From the human T2T-CHM13v2.0 reference genome, Homo sapiens: 64,000 bases of DNA. Below the pieces are notes generated by a model that searched no databases, was not told the DNA's origin, and was given only the letters and a program-made list of their open reading frames with translations. Positions 1 through 13,762 of the stretch are shown here, in pieces. The DNA lies in assembly GCF_009914755.1 (NCBI RefSeq), contig NC_060930.1, one strand, 5' to 3'. Position 1 is the first letter of the stretch, and each line of letters begins with the position of its first letter. A program made the position numbers and the translations under genes.

Positions 1-319
1 AAATATGAAGTGGGGTACACACTCATCGCCAAAGGGTCCTTTGAGCAAGTCCCAGTAGAAAATTTATCCACTTTTTGGATGAAGTACTCAAAAAAGAGTA
101 CTACATTTCCCAACATAAAATGGAAAACAAATACATATGCCATACATCATTCAGGGCTGGAAAACAACGAAAATGTAACACTCCAGAAAAACAGCCATGG
201 GAAGTATTATTCCTCATGCCATCCATCATTATCATAGAGCACCCACTATTCTAATTTAGCTCCAAATGTGTGGTGGAGGTGATCAAACTTTAAAATTAAG
301 TAAACAAAGAGATTCATAC

Positions 320-385
320 AAAAATAAAATAAAATAAAATAAAATAAAATAAAATAAAATAAAATAAAATAAAATAAAATAAAAA
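320..385 (+). repeat. (AAAAT)n pentanucleotide microsatellite
   Basis: About 12-13 perfect AAAAT units. Confidence 0.98.
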
Positions 386-579
386 CCCTGACCCCAAAAC
401 TAGAGTAACCTGACGTCTCCCAAGTATGGGTTGGGGACCTAGCACCTGTTCTGGGGGCAATTCAGGCAGGTAGCCCTGGATCTGTAAACCTAGGTAGTAT
501 TTTAGAGCCTGAGCACAATATTGGGCCTTTGTACATGTGAACTAGAAAGCAAAGGGATAACTGAAATGGATAACAGATA

Positions 580-945
580 GTCAGCACTTGGTATATTCCA
601 GGCCTTTCTCTAGGCCCTTGTCACGAAGTATCTGACATCAACTTCATGAGTTAGGTACTTTTTCCTTATCTCTGTATGAGAAATGGGGAAACTGTGGCCT
701 GGTATGTTTAAAAACAAAACAAAACAGTGCACTATTCACTTGAGGATCTTATTAAAATGAAGGTTACTGATTCAGTAGGTCTGATAGGGGGCCAATGATT
801 CTGCATTTCTGATAAACTCCCAATTGCTGCTGCTGGCCCACAGATCACACTTTGGACTGCAAGAAAGTAAATTGTCCGAGTCCTAGAGGTAGCAAGAAGT
901 AGAGCCAAGACGGGCTAAGTTGCTTGGCTCCGGGGCCCACACTTA
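580..945 (-). mobile_element. MIR split by a MER5-type hAT element (~725-860)
   Basis: MIR core atggggaaactgtggcct, then MER5-like ctgattcagtaggtctg...ctgcatttct...cacacttt, then MIR resumes. Confidence 0.65.
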
Positions 946-1147
946 CTGCCAGTCGGCTTAGCATTTGCATGGCAGACACATCACAGCCCAGGTACCATGA
1001 ATGCGCTCAAGGATTCAAAATCAATGTCTGTCACCCTTTTTGACTGCATTTTCTAGCAACAAAAATTCTGTATTCAGTGCGTAGTATATACCAGGAACTG
1101 TGGTAAACACTGGTTCAAACGATTTTCATTTAATCCACTGAAGTAAA

Positions 1148-1417
1148 TTATCGGCCATTTGATTCCCTTCTTACAGGAAGCAAATCACAACCCCACTGAT
1201 GCACTGGGACTCTAGTGAGTTTAATTATCATGCACAGAAAAGATTGAGCATTAATTTGCAAAGAATTAGAATCTAATAACACACCTCTAACACCAAAGGT
1301 AGTCAACCTTTGGGGATTGAGGAAGAATTGTAAGATCTTACAGAGCATCAGAGGTATCATTTGGAAAATTAATTATAGTCAAATAGATGAAGAAGGTGTA
1401 GGAGTTTGGGCCTGATT
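1148..1417 (-). pseudogene. Candidate terminal pseudo-exon
   Basis: aatttcacag| at 1417, or a mutated ttttccaa| at 1360, both phase 0. MIPLMLCKILQFFLNPQRLTTFGVRGVLLDSNSLQINAQSFLCMIIKLTRVP... Confidence 0.35.
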
Positions 1418-2441
1418 CTGTGAAATTATCAAAAAGTACTCTAAAAAAGAATGTAGTGATATTTTCCTTGTCATAAGGGTTTCATTTTCTATTATATAAT
1501 AGATATTTTATTAATTCTGTTTTTCTTACATAAGTAGACCATAAATTCTTGATTTATGTATGAAATGTTTGGAAGCTACAGGTCATACAAAATAACACCT
1601 TCTATAAAATTTCACAAAATTTCCATTAGTCCTTATTTACTCAGAACAAATTTAGAAAGATTGAAAAGAGTGTATTACAGACAGTTAAATTCTACCACTT
1701 AATTTGAAATTTTTTCTTTATCTTCCCTTTAAGAAAGTGGAATCCAGCAGCCTGCCTGCATTTTTGGCAGACTCTGCAATAATTACGATGCTCAGATGAT
1801 TCCCAAGATGGACCTCCCCAGCTGTAAATACCCTGCCTCCACGCTCATTCCTGTCAAGTGCAGATCTCCCCATCTTGGCATATGGGCAGTGTCCTCTGAA
1901 ACACTTCAGGGTTTGAAGAGTAAAAGATGTAAATGATTTGCTTCACTGGCCATGTAGGCCTCCAGGAGAGGGACACCCAGACACTACCATTTGTAGAGGC
2001 CTGTCGTTAGAAGAGCACACTGTCCAGCCAGGCCTCATGGAGTCTTGAATGCAATGTCTCCCTTCCCCTTGAAATCACAATATGACCTTGCAGAGGTGAC
2101 TTCAGAAAAATCAAAACATTTTGAGGCTCCCTACAAGTACTTTACTTAACTTCAACAACCAATGCTGTCATTTCTCACCTACTCTCCCCCACAGTTACTT
2201 TTTATTTCTTTATGTTTCAAAACAGATAACCAACCACAAAAAGCAAAACAATTCCCACAGAGGCATGAACCCAAACAGGCACGAACAAAAGCACAAGGTA
2301 GACGGGGCCAGCCTCAGCCTGTGCTGCCCCGGCATGGTATTCCTCTCCGCAGCTTTTTGTCAATTGCATGCTGACACTCCTTCCCGCTCTATTTCATGAC
2401 ATGTCTCCTCTCCTTTTGGAAGCATATAAGCAAAAACATGG

Positions 2442-2545
2442 GGCTGGGTGTGGTGGCTCACACCTGTAATCCCAGCACTTCAAGAGGCCGGGGTCAGTGG
2501 ATTACCTGAGGTCAGTAGTTCCAGACCAGACTGGCCAGCGTGGCC
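2442..2545 (+). mobile_element. Alu left-arm fragment
   Basis: ggctgggtgtggtggctcacacctgtaatcccagcact... Confidence 0.9.
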
Positions 2546-2769
2546 ACAGTTTTTCTTTTTTTTTTCTCAAAAGCAAAAAATTCTGAAAAAGTAGTATACC
2601 TTGTGATATAGTTTTAAAATCTGACTACTTGGCTGAAATCAATTAACATGACTCTTCAAAAAGGTCCATTTTAAGACTATATCTACTTTCTAACCAAAAC
2701 ATCTAGAGGAAATGCAAAATTTCCTTTCACCTGATAGCTATATTCAGGAAAACACAGGCTACTGGATAT

Positions 2770-2965
2770 TTTACATAAGCTCTGAAGTGAGACGGTCCCT
2801 GGGTACGGCTTGAATTGTCTGGGTCGGTTCCTCAAGTGGTCTCTGCAGTTTCCTCATCTATAAAGAGGATATGAACATGGTCTACCTTACAAGGCTGCAA
2901 GGAATTAAAAGAGGTATTTCAGGGAAACAGAGTTTCTATAGTGCCAGGTTTGCGGCAAGCACTCA
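2770..2965 (+). mobile_element. MIR
   Basis: cagtttcctcatctataaa core and ...aagcactca 3' end. Confidence 0.75.
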
Positions 2966-3104
2966 CCGACACCGCCTGCAGGTATGGCCCGTTCGCGATG
3001 TTCTGGGCAGTGCAGCAGTTCTAGGATTTGAAAACCTTCCGGGTTGTGTTGCCTCCACCCTTTCCTCCTGCAGTTCCTTCACAAGCAGCCAGCATGAGGC
3101 TTCC

Positions 3105-3597
3105 TGAAGTCAGATCATGTCACTCCATTGTTCAAAAGTCAAATTTTCTCAACAGGGTCAAATCCTGGGCCCAGCAGACCCTACCTGACCTCTCCACCCT
3201 GCCCTTTTTCTGACATCCTCTTCTCCGAGCTCCACCTGCTCCAAGCTCCACCCCATACTGGCTGCTGCGTTTTCTGGGCGGGGGCCTGCCTGGGGCTCAC
3301 GAGTTGCTGTCGCCTCTGCCATTTGGCACACAAATGGATGCTCCCTGAGGGTGCCCTCCTCACAGTTTAGCTCATCACACAGGCCTCGCGGCTGCTGTAT
3401 ATTACGGAACTCCCCACCAATACTCTTTGTCCCCTTGACTCTGCTGTTTCTCGATAGAACACACACTTACTAGCTGCTCCAAATAGAATAGCTCCGTTGA
3501 GGTAGGCATCTTGTCTGTTTCTATTTTCTGCTACATCCCAGTACCTGGCACTGTGCTTGGCACAGAGTAAGGACTCAATCGTTATTTGTTTATGTAG
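3105..3597 (+). mobile_element. L2 3' end
   Basis: cagatcatgtcactcc ... gtgcttggcacagagtaaggactcaat L2 terminus. Confidence 0.75.
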
Positions 3598-3843
3598 TTC
3601 GTTAACTGTATGACGGATATTGGAGGAGCCTCCTATTTTTTTGCTAGGTCCAATAGCTTCATCTCATCTGTCAGGAGATGATGAATGGCGCCTCATTTAG
3701 GAAACACCAATAACACATGAAGGTAATTTACACACAGGCACCCTGGAGCCCAGGTGCAGCTCAACGTTCTTATTGAAAATGTAGTAAAATAGATTTTATT
3801 CACTGACCATATTTTAAGGAATACTATTTTTTACTATTTCGGG

Positions 3844-4015
3844 CAGTACTACTCAAAGCACAGCCCCTGGGCCCGCGGTGTTAGCATCACCTGGGAGCTT
3901 GCTGGAAACGCAACTTCTCAGCTTCCATCCAAGGCCAACTGGTCTGGGCCCAGTCATCTGTGCTTTTATAGGTCCTCAGGTGATTCTGATGAGCACTAAA
4001 GCTTGAGTGGCACTG
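3844..4015. mobile_element. MER5A (hAT-Charlie)
   Basis: cagtactactcaaag...agcatcacctgggagcttgctggaaacgca...ggtgattctgatg...gcactg. Confidence 0.85.
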
Positions 4016-4191
4016 CTGTAAAAACTACTTCAATGACTCGTTCCAGTTCTTTGACGTCCTCTTACAAGTCTTTAGTGTGACATGCTTGCGTTCTTAGTAC
4101 CAACAGTGTAACTGGTTCTTCATGTACATCATGTTATCACCTCTCATGTTGACCACTTATCTTTTGCCAACTAAAAATACTTGAAAGGCAC

Positions 4192-4317
4192 CTTCTCGGG
4201 TTTCAGAAGTTTCCATTTGTTTCGACAACATATGAGGCTACAGCCCAGCTATTCACCCATTAGAGCCCTCCCACGTCCAGCCAGCACTTATATTCTTCGA
4301 AGTTAAAATTGAAGACT
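4192..4317 (-). pseudogene. Candidate late pseudo-exon
   Basis: Strong acceptor ttttctgtgcttccag|. VFNFNFEEYKCWLDVGGL*WVNSWAVASYVV/NKWKLLKPEK; donor AAG|GTGCCT is tentative. Confidence 0.5.
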
Positions 4318-6154
4318 CTGGAAGCACAGAAAATTGGGATTTCTTTTAATCTCTTTTTCTGAGGCACAGGTTTTCAAACATTGTATAACCAAGGATTTTT
4401 TTCATCTTTTCAAATGATAGATGTTTTATGTGTTTAATATGTGAAGTACGTAAAGAGGAATGGTCTCAGGCTGCTGTGATTGGCTTGGTGTGTTCACCTC
4501 TCACCGACCTGCCTCTGTTCTCCCACCCAGCGTCCGATTGTTCCGTGAGAACAACAGGTAGGATCCATAATTGTAAGGCTGGAAAACCTTAGCCATAGGG
4601 CAGAGTTTCTCAGAGTATGGTCAGTACCAACATTTTGGGGCCTCTACCCCCAGACAAATACATCAAAATTTCTGGTCACAGAAAAAGAATGAAAGAAGAT
4701 TTTTTTTCTCGCCATTCTGGCCATCAAAGAAACATGGAAAAACATGCAAGATAATTCTGCACATGAGAGTCTGTGAATCTCTGCTCTAGTAACTTTACGC
4801 TATCATTTTTAGTGAAGAAAAATAATCATATAGGCATACTGTTTGCATATAGTCATTTCAAATCATTCCATTCAGTCTTAACTCAAACCAAGAATGAACC
4901 AAGACATTTGAAGAGATGAAATCTCAATTTCTCTGTATAATTTTAAATAAAGCATTCGCTCTAAAAGCTAAATGCACAGGAGTTCTGTTGAATGACTGAC
5001 TATGTTTACAATTTGAAGCAATTTAGTAAACATGTATCACCACTCTTCTAAGAGATTTTGGGGAAAACTACAGTTAATTGGACAAAAACTCCATCCTCAA
5101 AGAGATTAAAAGGTGAAGTCAGAACTGGAGTACAAAATAACAAGTAATAAGGGAGAGTCCTAAGAGTTCTGAAAAGGATTCCCTCCAGTTCTAATGAGCA
5201 GGAGAGGATTACTTGTAGTTTAGCTGTTAGTTTAACACAGAGTTAAATCTGAAAGTTGACCTGGGATGCACCATCTCTCTTTTCCCAATCTTTACAGATG
5301 CAACATAACTTTACAGAGGCCTTTTAGTAGCAGCATGTAGGGTGCCAGGAAGTTGCCCCCAGTGTGTAGTGGTGCAGGGAGAAGTGTTAGGATGGCAACC
5401 CTGCAGCCCCCAACTGCACCATGTAGAGTTGCCTGAGCCAGTCCCTAGCCTGCCAAAAGCACAAGGCTGGCAGGCCACAAGACAGAGGGGTAAATGAGAA
5501 ACAGGGTGATCAGAGGTTAGATGTGACTCAGACATGAGTGGAAAGTCAAGGTGAAACAGCGCATCATCATAGATCATACAGTACTCTGAAGGCTGCTGTC
5601 ATTTACCACATTCCATAAATTTACTAGAATTTATTCTCTATTGTTTGGGTTGAAATAATCACACATTTCAATTTAAAAATATAAAGAGAATATTAGACAT
5701 TTAGCAGAATTTTCTCAGTGCCTACTGGTACTTCAGACCCTATATAGAGAGAATACTATATTTTCTTAAAATATTATGGTCTAGAGAGAGAGAGAGAGTC
5801 AGTTGAAAGTGTCAATAATTCTAAGTTCATTCTCATAAAAGAAAATTCTGGAGAAGACCAAGGGCAATTTTATGATAAAACAAAATAAGAAGACTAAAAT
5901 TTTCAGATGAATATGGTTGATAAGAGAGTAGAGCCAGATGCACTAGGAAATGTATTAAAGAACGTGAATATGTACACAACAGGATTCTTGTGCTCAAATT
6001 GTTTTTAATATTCAGATAATAAGTAAAGGTTTAATTTTGCTCTAAACAATGTGATTTTTTTATTTTTAGTAAGAATTTTATTTTGGGAAATCAAATTAAA
6101 GAACTAGTAGATAGGTCTCCTAACATAATAAATCCAATCTGTTATACAGTTGTA

Positions 6155-6258
6155 CAGGAACAAACATAGTAAATATAGGGTTTGGTACCATTTTTGGTTT
6201 CAGGCGTACACTGGGGGATTTGAAACGTATTGCCTGTTGATGGGGAGGGACAACTGTA
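6155..6258 (+). mobile_element. TcMar-Tigger (MER2/MER44-like) terminal fragment
   Basis: atagggtttggtacc...ggtttcaggcgtacactgggggatttgaaacgtat...caactgta. Confidence 0.7.
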
Positions 6259-6259
6259 C

Positions 6260-6633
6260 ATGTGAGACACCCAGAAAAAATGCATAAATCTCAAAGAGGT
6301 GCCTAAAATTCAGGCTTGAATACCATCTTCAATGGCAAAGGAAGAAAGGGAGAGGAGAAGACAAGAGTAAGGTTTGTTAGGCAGATTATTCAGTTGGTGC
6401 CTTCTCAAGGATCAGAGTCTCCAGAGACTCTGTCCTCCTCATCCTAGTAAGGAGAGGGAGACACCCTTACAAATGGAGACTTCCTTGGTAGATATAAATT
6501 TCCCTTACAAAAGGGTCACTTCTACTCTGTTTTTAGAGCTTTTCCTGTGTCTACTGTTTCTCAAAATAATCAGCTTAAAATAATACTTATGCTAAAGTGG
6601 CATATTTTGGGGTGGCATATTCTGGTCTCATAC
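6260..6633 (-). mobile_element. ERV1-class solo LTR (MER31/MER93-like)
   Basis: aaagtggcatattttggggtggcatattctggtc end motif. Confidence 0.7.
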
Positions 6634-7589
6634 ACACTCAAGGTGGAATTTTCCATTGTTTGGTTTATAATGTTGGAGCATGAGTATTCTCTAGAGGTGT
6701 CAGTGTCAGAATGATCTTATACATACTCTGGTTGAAACGTCAGAATTGTTATGGGCTTGGGTTCGATATTTATATTAATATATTATTCTGGTCACAAGAG
6801 TATTGCAGGGGTTTAGATTTATCTCATTTTTCCCCATTTTTGACATTTATTTCCATTTCTCAATTTTTCTTTCCAGACCTGAGGTGCCCAGCTCACATGA
6901 AGCAGAGCCTCTTTCCCTCCCACAATCATCTCAAGATCACCAGAGCATCAGTTAATGCCTTACTTTCTGGGCTTATCTACTCCTGTATTTAAAGATGTTG
7001 TTTCTACATTTTCACTTGTCCTTGGAAATTATCTTTTTTTATTTTTTGCAAGATCATCGAAAATTTTTAAGTTCCTTAAATTTTATTTAGTAAGTTTAGT
7101 AGGAGGCATTTCTTATTATGTTAGGCTTCCATCTTGCAGGCCCCAGAACTTTCTGACACTGTGAAGGCCATACCAGCCCACAACTGCCAGGATCTATTGT
7201 ATGTGGGAGGAAAATCAACTTCTACCCTGTAAAGTCATTGTGATTATTTTGTGTCTTCTGTCAAACACAGTAAAAATTAATTCTATTACACCTTTGACTA
7301 TTTAGATTAGAGAATAAAAGACTAAGAGGCACATATTAATTTTTTTAAAATAACTAAACAATAACAATCTTTGCCAAAGAAAAGCATTTTGAAATGGGTG
7401 GTAGCATAGAGAGAAGGAAGAGTCCTTTCACACTAAGGATGTCATTGCCATTGGCATATCTGGCTTTAGAAACTACAAATGGCTCGATTAGCTTTAGAGT
7501 TCTTTCTGCTTTTTAGAATTTTTCTACATCACTAGAAACATATCTCTTATATTTAATCTCAATATGAAAACCTGTTTCATAGTACTTAC

Positions 7590-8062
<473 letters not shown>

Positions 8063-8275
8063 TCAAACATGAAATGCGAGATAGAGTTTAACTTGTCCTC
8101 CGTGGTAGAAGGGAAGCAAAAGTGACATGTAACTGACCAACTTAGGTGCTCCTTTGCCCACAGCAGTTACACACTACACACGGTAGACAAACAACACTGA
8201 ACTGGGGCCAGAAACAGAAATTTGGGAATACGTGAAACACAATAGAATGCTGACGTCATATTCAAAAGGACATAA

Positions 8276-8527
<252 letters not shown>

Positions 8528-8923
8528 TGACATCAGAATTGATATGTCATTCATCTCTGTTTTACAAAAGTACAGAAAGTGAGTTATTATCAATGAGAGG
8601 GCATTTCTTTAAAGCATCGGAAATGAATGCGTTTGAGTAGGCTCCACACACACCGCTCCACGGGCACCAACACACACATCATTACACTGGTGGGGAAGCA
8701 AGACAGGAGCACACTCTTGCCACCCAGGGTTCATTCTCTTTCTGACGATTTAACCATGAAAACCAGCTAACATTTACGAAAAGGTTTTGCATCTACATAT
8801 TGACACGTAGGAACAGAAGACTTTAACATTTTGTAGCATAAAAATTAAAAGTCAGATTATTTGCTAGCACAAGAACTAGGCTACCCTAAATGGAATTCTA
8901 GTTTCAGAATATCTACTACATAG

Positions 8924-9156
8924 GGCCGGCCGCGGTGGCTCAGGCCTCTAATCCCAGCACTTTGAGAGGCCTAGGTGGGTGGATAGCCTGAGGTCAGGAG
9001 TTCGAGAAGAGCCTGACCAACATGGCAAAACCCCATCTCAACTGAAAATACAAAAATTAGCTGGGCGTGTTAGCGTGCGCCTGTAATCCCAGCTACTCGG
9101 GAGGCTGAGGCAGGAGGATCACTTGAACGCCACCCCCACCCCCCCAACCAAAAAAT
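8924..9156 (+). mobile_element. AluS with a deleted or replaced 3' part
   Basis: Alu body up to cttgaac, then a C-rich tract; 16-bp TSD aatatctactacatag (8908-8923, 9157-9172). Confidence 0.92.
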
Positions 9157-9243
9157 AATATCTACTACATAGAAGCAGTTACTCATATGCTTGCTACCCT
9201 CTTAAGACACAGCAAGGACCTTACTCTCTCAGTAAATCGATGT

Positions 9244-9560
<317 letters not shown>

Positions 9561-10467
9561 AATAAACCAATGCCTTTCAAATACCTCTTGCCATTGTCAT
9601 TTTAGGAATGCTCCAAGAACACTCAAGTGAAATGCATCCATAACTCATAGCGATGAATGATGCCCTTCCCTGCTGCTTTCTCAAGCTCTTCTGTTGCCCT
9701 CACCATCAATGTCCCTCGAACAGTGGTGCCCAGCACTCACCAACACCCCTGACCCCAAATACAATGGCTAGAATCTGCCTCCTCCACCCAGGAGGGCACC
9801 AGAACACCCTTCGTCCTTAAATCCCATTCCAACCTCTTCTCTACTCTTACACCCTGGGGCTCCGTCTCATCCCCAGGCCCTGTGCCCCTCCCCATTCTCA
9901 GAGCTCCCAGTCTCTCCCTAGGACTGCTCCTACTCAGCAGAGGCCACTGTGCATCATTCTCTGACCTGAAGTGCTCCCCTGCATGACTTCCCAGTTTCTG
10001 TCAAAGGAAAAACCATCCCCCACATCACCCGCTTCGAGACTTCCCCTCCCACCTAAAAATCTCATTATCCTCCCATGTTTTGTAACGGGCTGCAAGAGAA
10101 TCACTATCTTGAATTCCTCCTACCTAATCTTTGACATCGGCAAGGCACCAACAGTTAGCAATTCTGTCTCAGAATTACCCTTCACATCTTCAACTCTTTT
10201 ACATCTCAATAGTCACCTCCCCGTTTTAGGCCTTCCTCATGATAATAGCTTTGTAATTACTCCCCACATCTGATATCGCCATACTCCAGTCCAATACATA
10301 CAAGAATTCTGGGTGTGTGCTACATAATCTTTCTAAAGTGTCTCAGTATTACTTGTAAAATGGACTGTAACATCTCCCATGTTCTTCAAGTGTGTTTGTA
10401 CTTTTTTCCTTTCTAAATCATGATCTAGATTTGATTTTTCATCTTCCTTACCCCTCCTATATGATAC

Positions 10468-11150
10468 ATGTGGCAGATTAAACTATTCTTCAAAATCATG
10501 CACGCCTGTACATTAGTGCGCATACATCATGCTCCCCACTTCCTCCCTGCAATCTGTGTCCAGCCACATGAATGGCTTTGGCCAAAGGGATGTTAGCAGA
10601 TGTGGTTGAACCAGGGCCTTATATTTGTCCCGCTGCTAAGGTCCATCAAAAGAACATCCCTGCCAGGCACAGTAGCTCACCCCTATAATCCAAGCACTTT
10701 GGGAGACTGGGGTGGGCGGATCACTTGAGGTCAGGAGTTCAAGGCCAGCCTGGCCAACACGGTGAAACCCTGTCTGTACTAAAAAGATAAAAATTAGCCG
10801 GGCATGGTGGTGCGTGCCTGTAATCCCAGCTACTCAAGAGGCTGAGGCAGGAGAATCACTTAAACCCAGGAGGCGAAGGTTGCAGTGACCTGAGATCTCA
10901 CCACTGCACTGCACTGCACAGAGCAAGACTCCGTTGCAAAAAACAGAACTTCCCAGAAAGCTTCTACCTGTTCACACATGGCCCAGACCTGAGTCCAACC
11001 CACTGAGGTGACCAAGTGCAGCCACACTCACAGCATGAAGCAGGGACCCGCAGCTGAAGCCAGCCTGAGGCCGCGGGCACCCTCGCTGACCTGTAGGCAC
11101 ATGAGAAGATGGCATACTTTTATGGCACTGAGATTTCTGCTTGTCCTCTA
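10468..11150 (+). mobile_element. MLT1 (MaLR) LTR interrupted by an AluS at ~10662-10944
   Basis: tgtggcagat...ctttggccaaagggatgttagcagatgtg...; Alu flanked by agaac(a/t)tccc TSD. Confidence 0.75.
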
Positions 11151-11548
11151 ATCAATAATGGCAGACAGTCCTCTATTTTCCATTCTATTTGGACAAGCTA
11201 TCACTGTCCATGATCAGCTCCGTGTCAGGCAGCACTCCTCCAGCTGTGCACAGCCTCTAGCCTAAGTCGTTTCAGAGAAATGGGCATCAGGATCCGAGTA
11301 TACTCAAGGACTTGCACAGGAGCATGTGAGCTTTGCCACAGAAGGAAAAGTGGAGAATTAGCACCCTAGCCTATCTTGAGGTTTCTATCCACATTTTTTC
11401 CCTACCTTTCCATGTTCAGGACTCAGGTACTTCCTGTGATCCTCCTAGAGAAAAGTAACACCTTTCTCCCTCATCTGAATCTAAAAATCTTTGCTTACTG
11501 TGCTCTTCTTATTGCAGTGGTTAGAGCTTGGACAGTATATACATATAT

Positions 11549-11550
<2 letters not shown>

Positions 11551-11579
<29 letters not shown>

Positions 11580-11586
11580 CTGTGTC
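11551..11586. repeat. (TG)n microsatellite
   Basis: Directly visible. Confidence 0.95.
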
Positions 11587-12043
11587 TGAGTCTTATCTTC
11601 CAACTTATTTTAGAAATACTTGAGAGCAGCAACTTGGCCATAGTAGCATTCATCAGAACACCTCACACAGTGCTTTGGAGCCAGGAGATGTAGAAACATA
11701 TCTATGAATTCTAAAAGTTTGAAAAAGTGAATGACTGAAGGGAAGTAAGAAAGAATGAAGGAGTGAATGAATCAATGAATATAAACAGTCATAAGCTCAG
11801 TGCCCAAAGTGCCACAGAGGGAACCAGCAGAACAAGAAAGAAAGGACACAGAATTTAAAGTCAAACGGACTCAAGCTCTACATAATTTATTAGCTGTATG
11901 AATTTTGGCAAATGATTCTTCCTTTCCCAGCTTTCTGCCATTGACAATAATATATCAACTTTGAAGGCTGTTTTGAAGATTTAAGGAAATGTAAAGAGCT
12001 CAGATCCCGATCCGCAATGATACATTGTTGGTAGTATTGTTAC

Positions 12044-12286
12044 CATTTATGAGTTTCAGAAAACTAAAGAGCATGGGTCCCTAATCTTGTACATGAATAA
12101 GGTGTCAGAATTCTGTTTAGCTGCACACTTCTGTTTGGAAAATATACAGAGAAGGCAGAATAAGCAGAAGCTATCAATGTGACAATCTCTCTGGTAGCAT
12201 TCCAACTTTCTGTGAACTAAAAATCGATACAAAAAAATAATTCCTATATCACCATATAGCCAGATGCCATGAAACACGTGAAGAAC
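12044..12286 (-). pseudogene. Pseudo-exon E17 (two hydrophobic segments)
   Basis: aattcactcag| ... G|GTAACA. FFTCFMASGYMVI*ELFFCIDF*FTESWNATREIVTLIASAYSAFSVYFPNRSVQL/..F*HLIHVQD*GPMLFSFLKLIN. Confidence 0.6.
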
Positions 12287-12556
12287 CTGAGTGAATTTTC
12301 AGGGACAGGTAAAATGTGACAAATGTTGATGAAATCTAAAAGATTTCAAATCCAGATTTTCCTAATGCTCAGGGTACAGCTGCAAAGGGGAAAAGAAAGT
12401 TCTCAAACAGATTTCAGTAGTTACAGTGATACTTATAGGACGCATTTCCCTCAGTTGGCATCCCTGTTTCTGAAATCATTAATTGCTTAATCTTTGACTC
12501 TTACAGAAAATCTTCTTGGTTCCAGAAGCGGTGCCTTTGACAGACAGTGGACTCAC

Positions 12557-12657
12557 ACACCACACTGGTTCAGTTCAAAGCCACATTCCATGGACAGTAC
12601 ATTGGATACAGTCCAGTTGTACAGCCACGCAAAAGCCCCAAATACTACTTAGTTCTC
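12557..12657 (-). pseudogene. Pseudo-exon E16
   Basis: tttttttgtatactag| ... GT|GTGAGT. RTK*YLGLLRGCTTGLYPMYC/MECGFELNQCG; starts in phase 2, matching E15. Confidence 0.7.
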
Positions 12658-12802
12658 CTAGTATACAAAAAAATTCCTCAGATGTGGGAAGAAAGAGATT
12701 TTCGGTGGGAAGACATCAGAGTGCTCCAATATGGTTTCAGGCTACCTTAGAGCAGAAACAATGTCTTATTTATCTTTGTTTCTCCAATAAATAAAATATT
12801 AC

Positions 12803-13224
12803 CTGTCAAAGAGAAAACCCTTAATACAATTCTTTCTTTTTTTATAACAATATATTAATCCAACAAGTAAGGCAGTAACAAATTCTTCAGTGTAGACAAA
12901 CCAAGTAGGTATTTCTGTAACCGGGTTTGGTCTTACACTGTCAAGCACAGCTGATGACCCATGGGAGACTGAGGGATCAGTATCTTGGGCTTTCTGTCTA
13001 TAGGATCCTTGACATGGAAACATACCAGTATTAACAAAACATCCATGGGAGTTTTTTTTGCCAAACAATGATCAACTCTCATCTGGTTGGACATTATCCA
13101 ATAATATACAAAAAACTGATGTATTTTTCTTTTTCCAAAAAGAAGTTCCTTCAACGGCACATAGTTAAGATCCAAATATTTCAGATTCTTCCAAGCACTT
13201 AATAAAGAGTTACAAATATCATCT
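12803..13224 (-). pseudogene. Pseudo-exon E15 (contains first TM helix plus KKRK)
   Basis: aatcattttag| ... CAG|GTAATA. DDICNSLLSAWKNLKYLDLNYVPLKELLFGKRKIHQ/FCILLDNVQPDES*SLFGKKNSHGCF...VTEIPTWFVYTEEFVTALLVGLIYCYKKRKNCIKGFLFD. Two overlapping ORF-track ORFs are joined by a -1 frameshift in a T6 run. Confidence 0.8.
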
Positions 13225-13430
13225 CTAAAATGATTAATAATGAGATTCTAAAATTGTTAACAATACCACATTATTAATACATTGTTTTCAGGAGTTATGA
13301 AAATAGTTATGTTAATAATAAAAAACATATAGAATATACTTAGCCGTATATTGCAGACCATTACAGGTTTTGAGACATAATAAATTATTTATTATTCTCA
13401 CACTCTGATGAGGGAATAACTATCACCATC

Positions 13431-13762
13431 TGCTATGTCTCAATGTGTCCTCAAAATTTATTTGTTTCAACTTAACCATCAATGTGATTGCATGAAGAGG
13501 TGGAGCCTCTAGAAGGTGATTAAATCATGATGGGGCAGAGCCTTCATGAATGGGATTAGTGCCCTTATAAGGCAGTGCAAGTGACTTTCTGTCCTTTTTG
13601 CCCTTTTAGCTCTTCCCCTCTTCCAGCAAGTGAAGACACAACAAGAAGGCCCTCACCAGACACTGAATACCAACACCTTGACCTTGGATTTCCCAGCTTT
13701 CAGAATTTTATAAATTGCCCAGTCTCAGGTATTTTGTTATAGCAAGACAAAGAATACAAGAC
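13431..13762 (+). mobile_element. MST-type MaLR solo LTR
   Basis: tgctatg...gaatgggattagtgcccttataa...cccagtctcaggtattttgttatagca...aagaca. Confidence 0.85.

Noticed and set aside
1-156. Strong minus-strand acceptor at 157 (ttttcgttgttttccag)
   Set aside because: All three frames contain stops and it is cut by the window edge, so it cannot be assigned.
2967-3103. Minus-strand open block with strong donor CG|GTGAGT
   Set aside because: The donor derives from the MIR end and the acceptor from L2, and the peptide does not fit the membrane module. At most it is an exonised non-coding exon.
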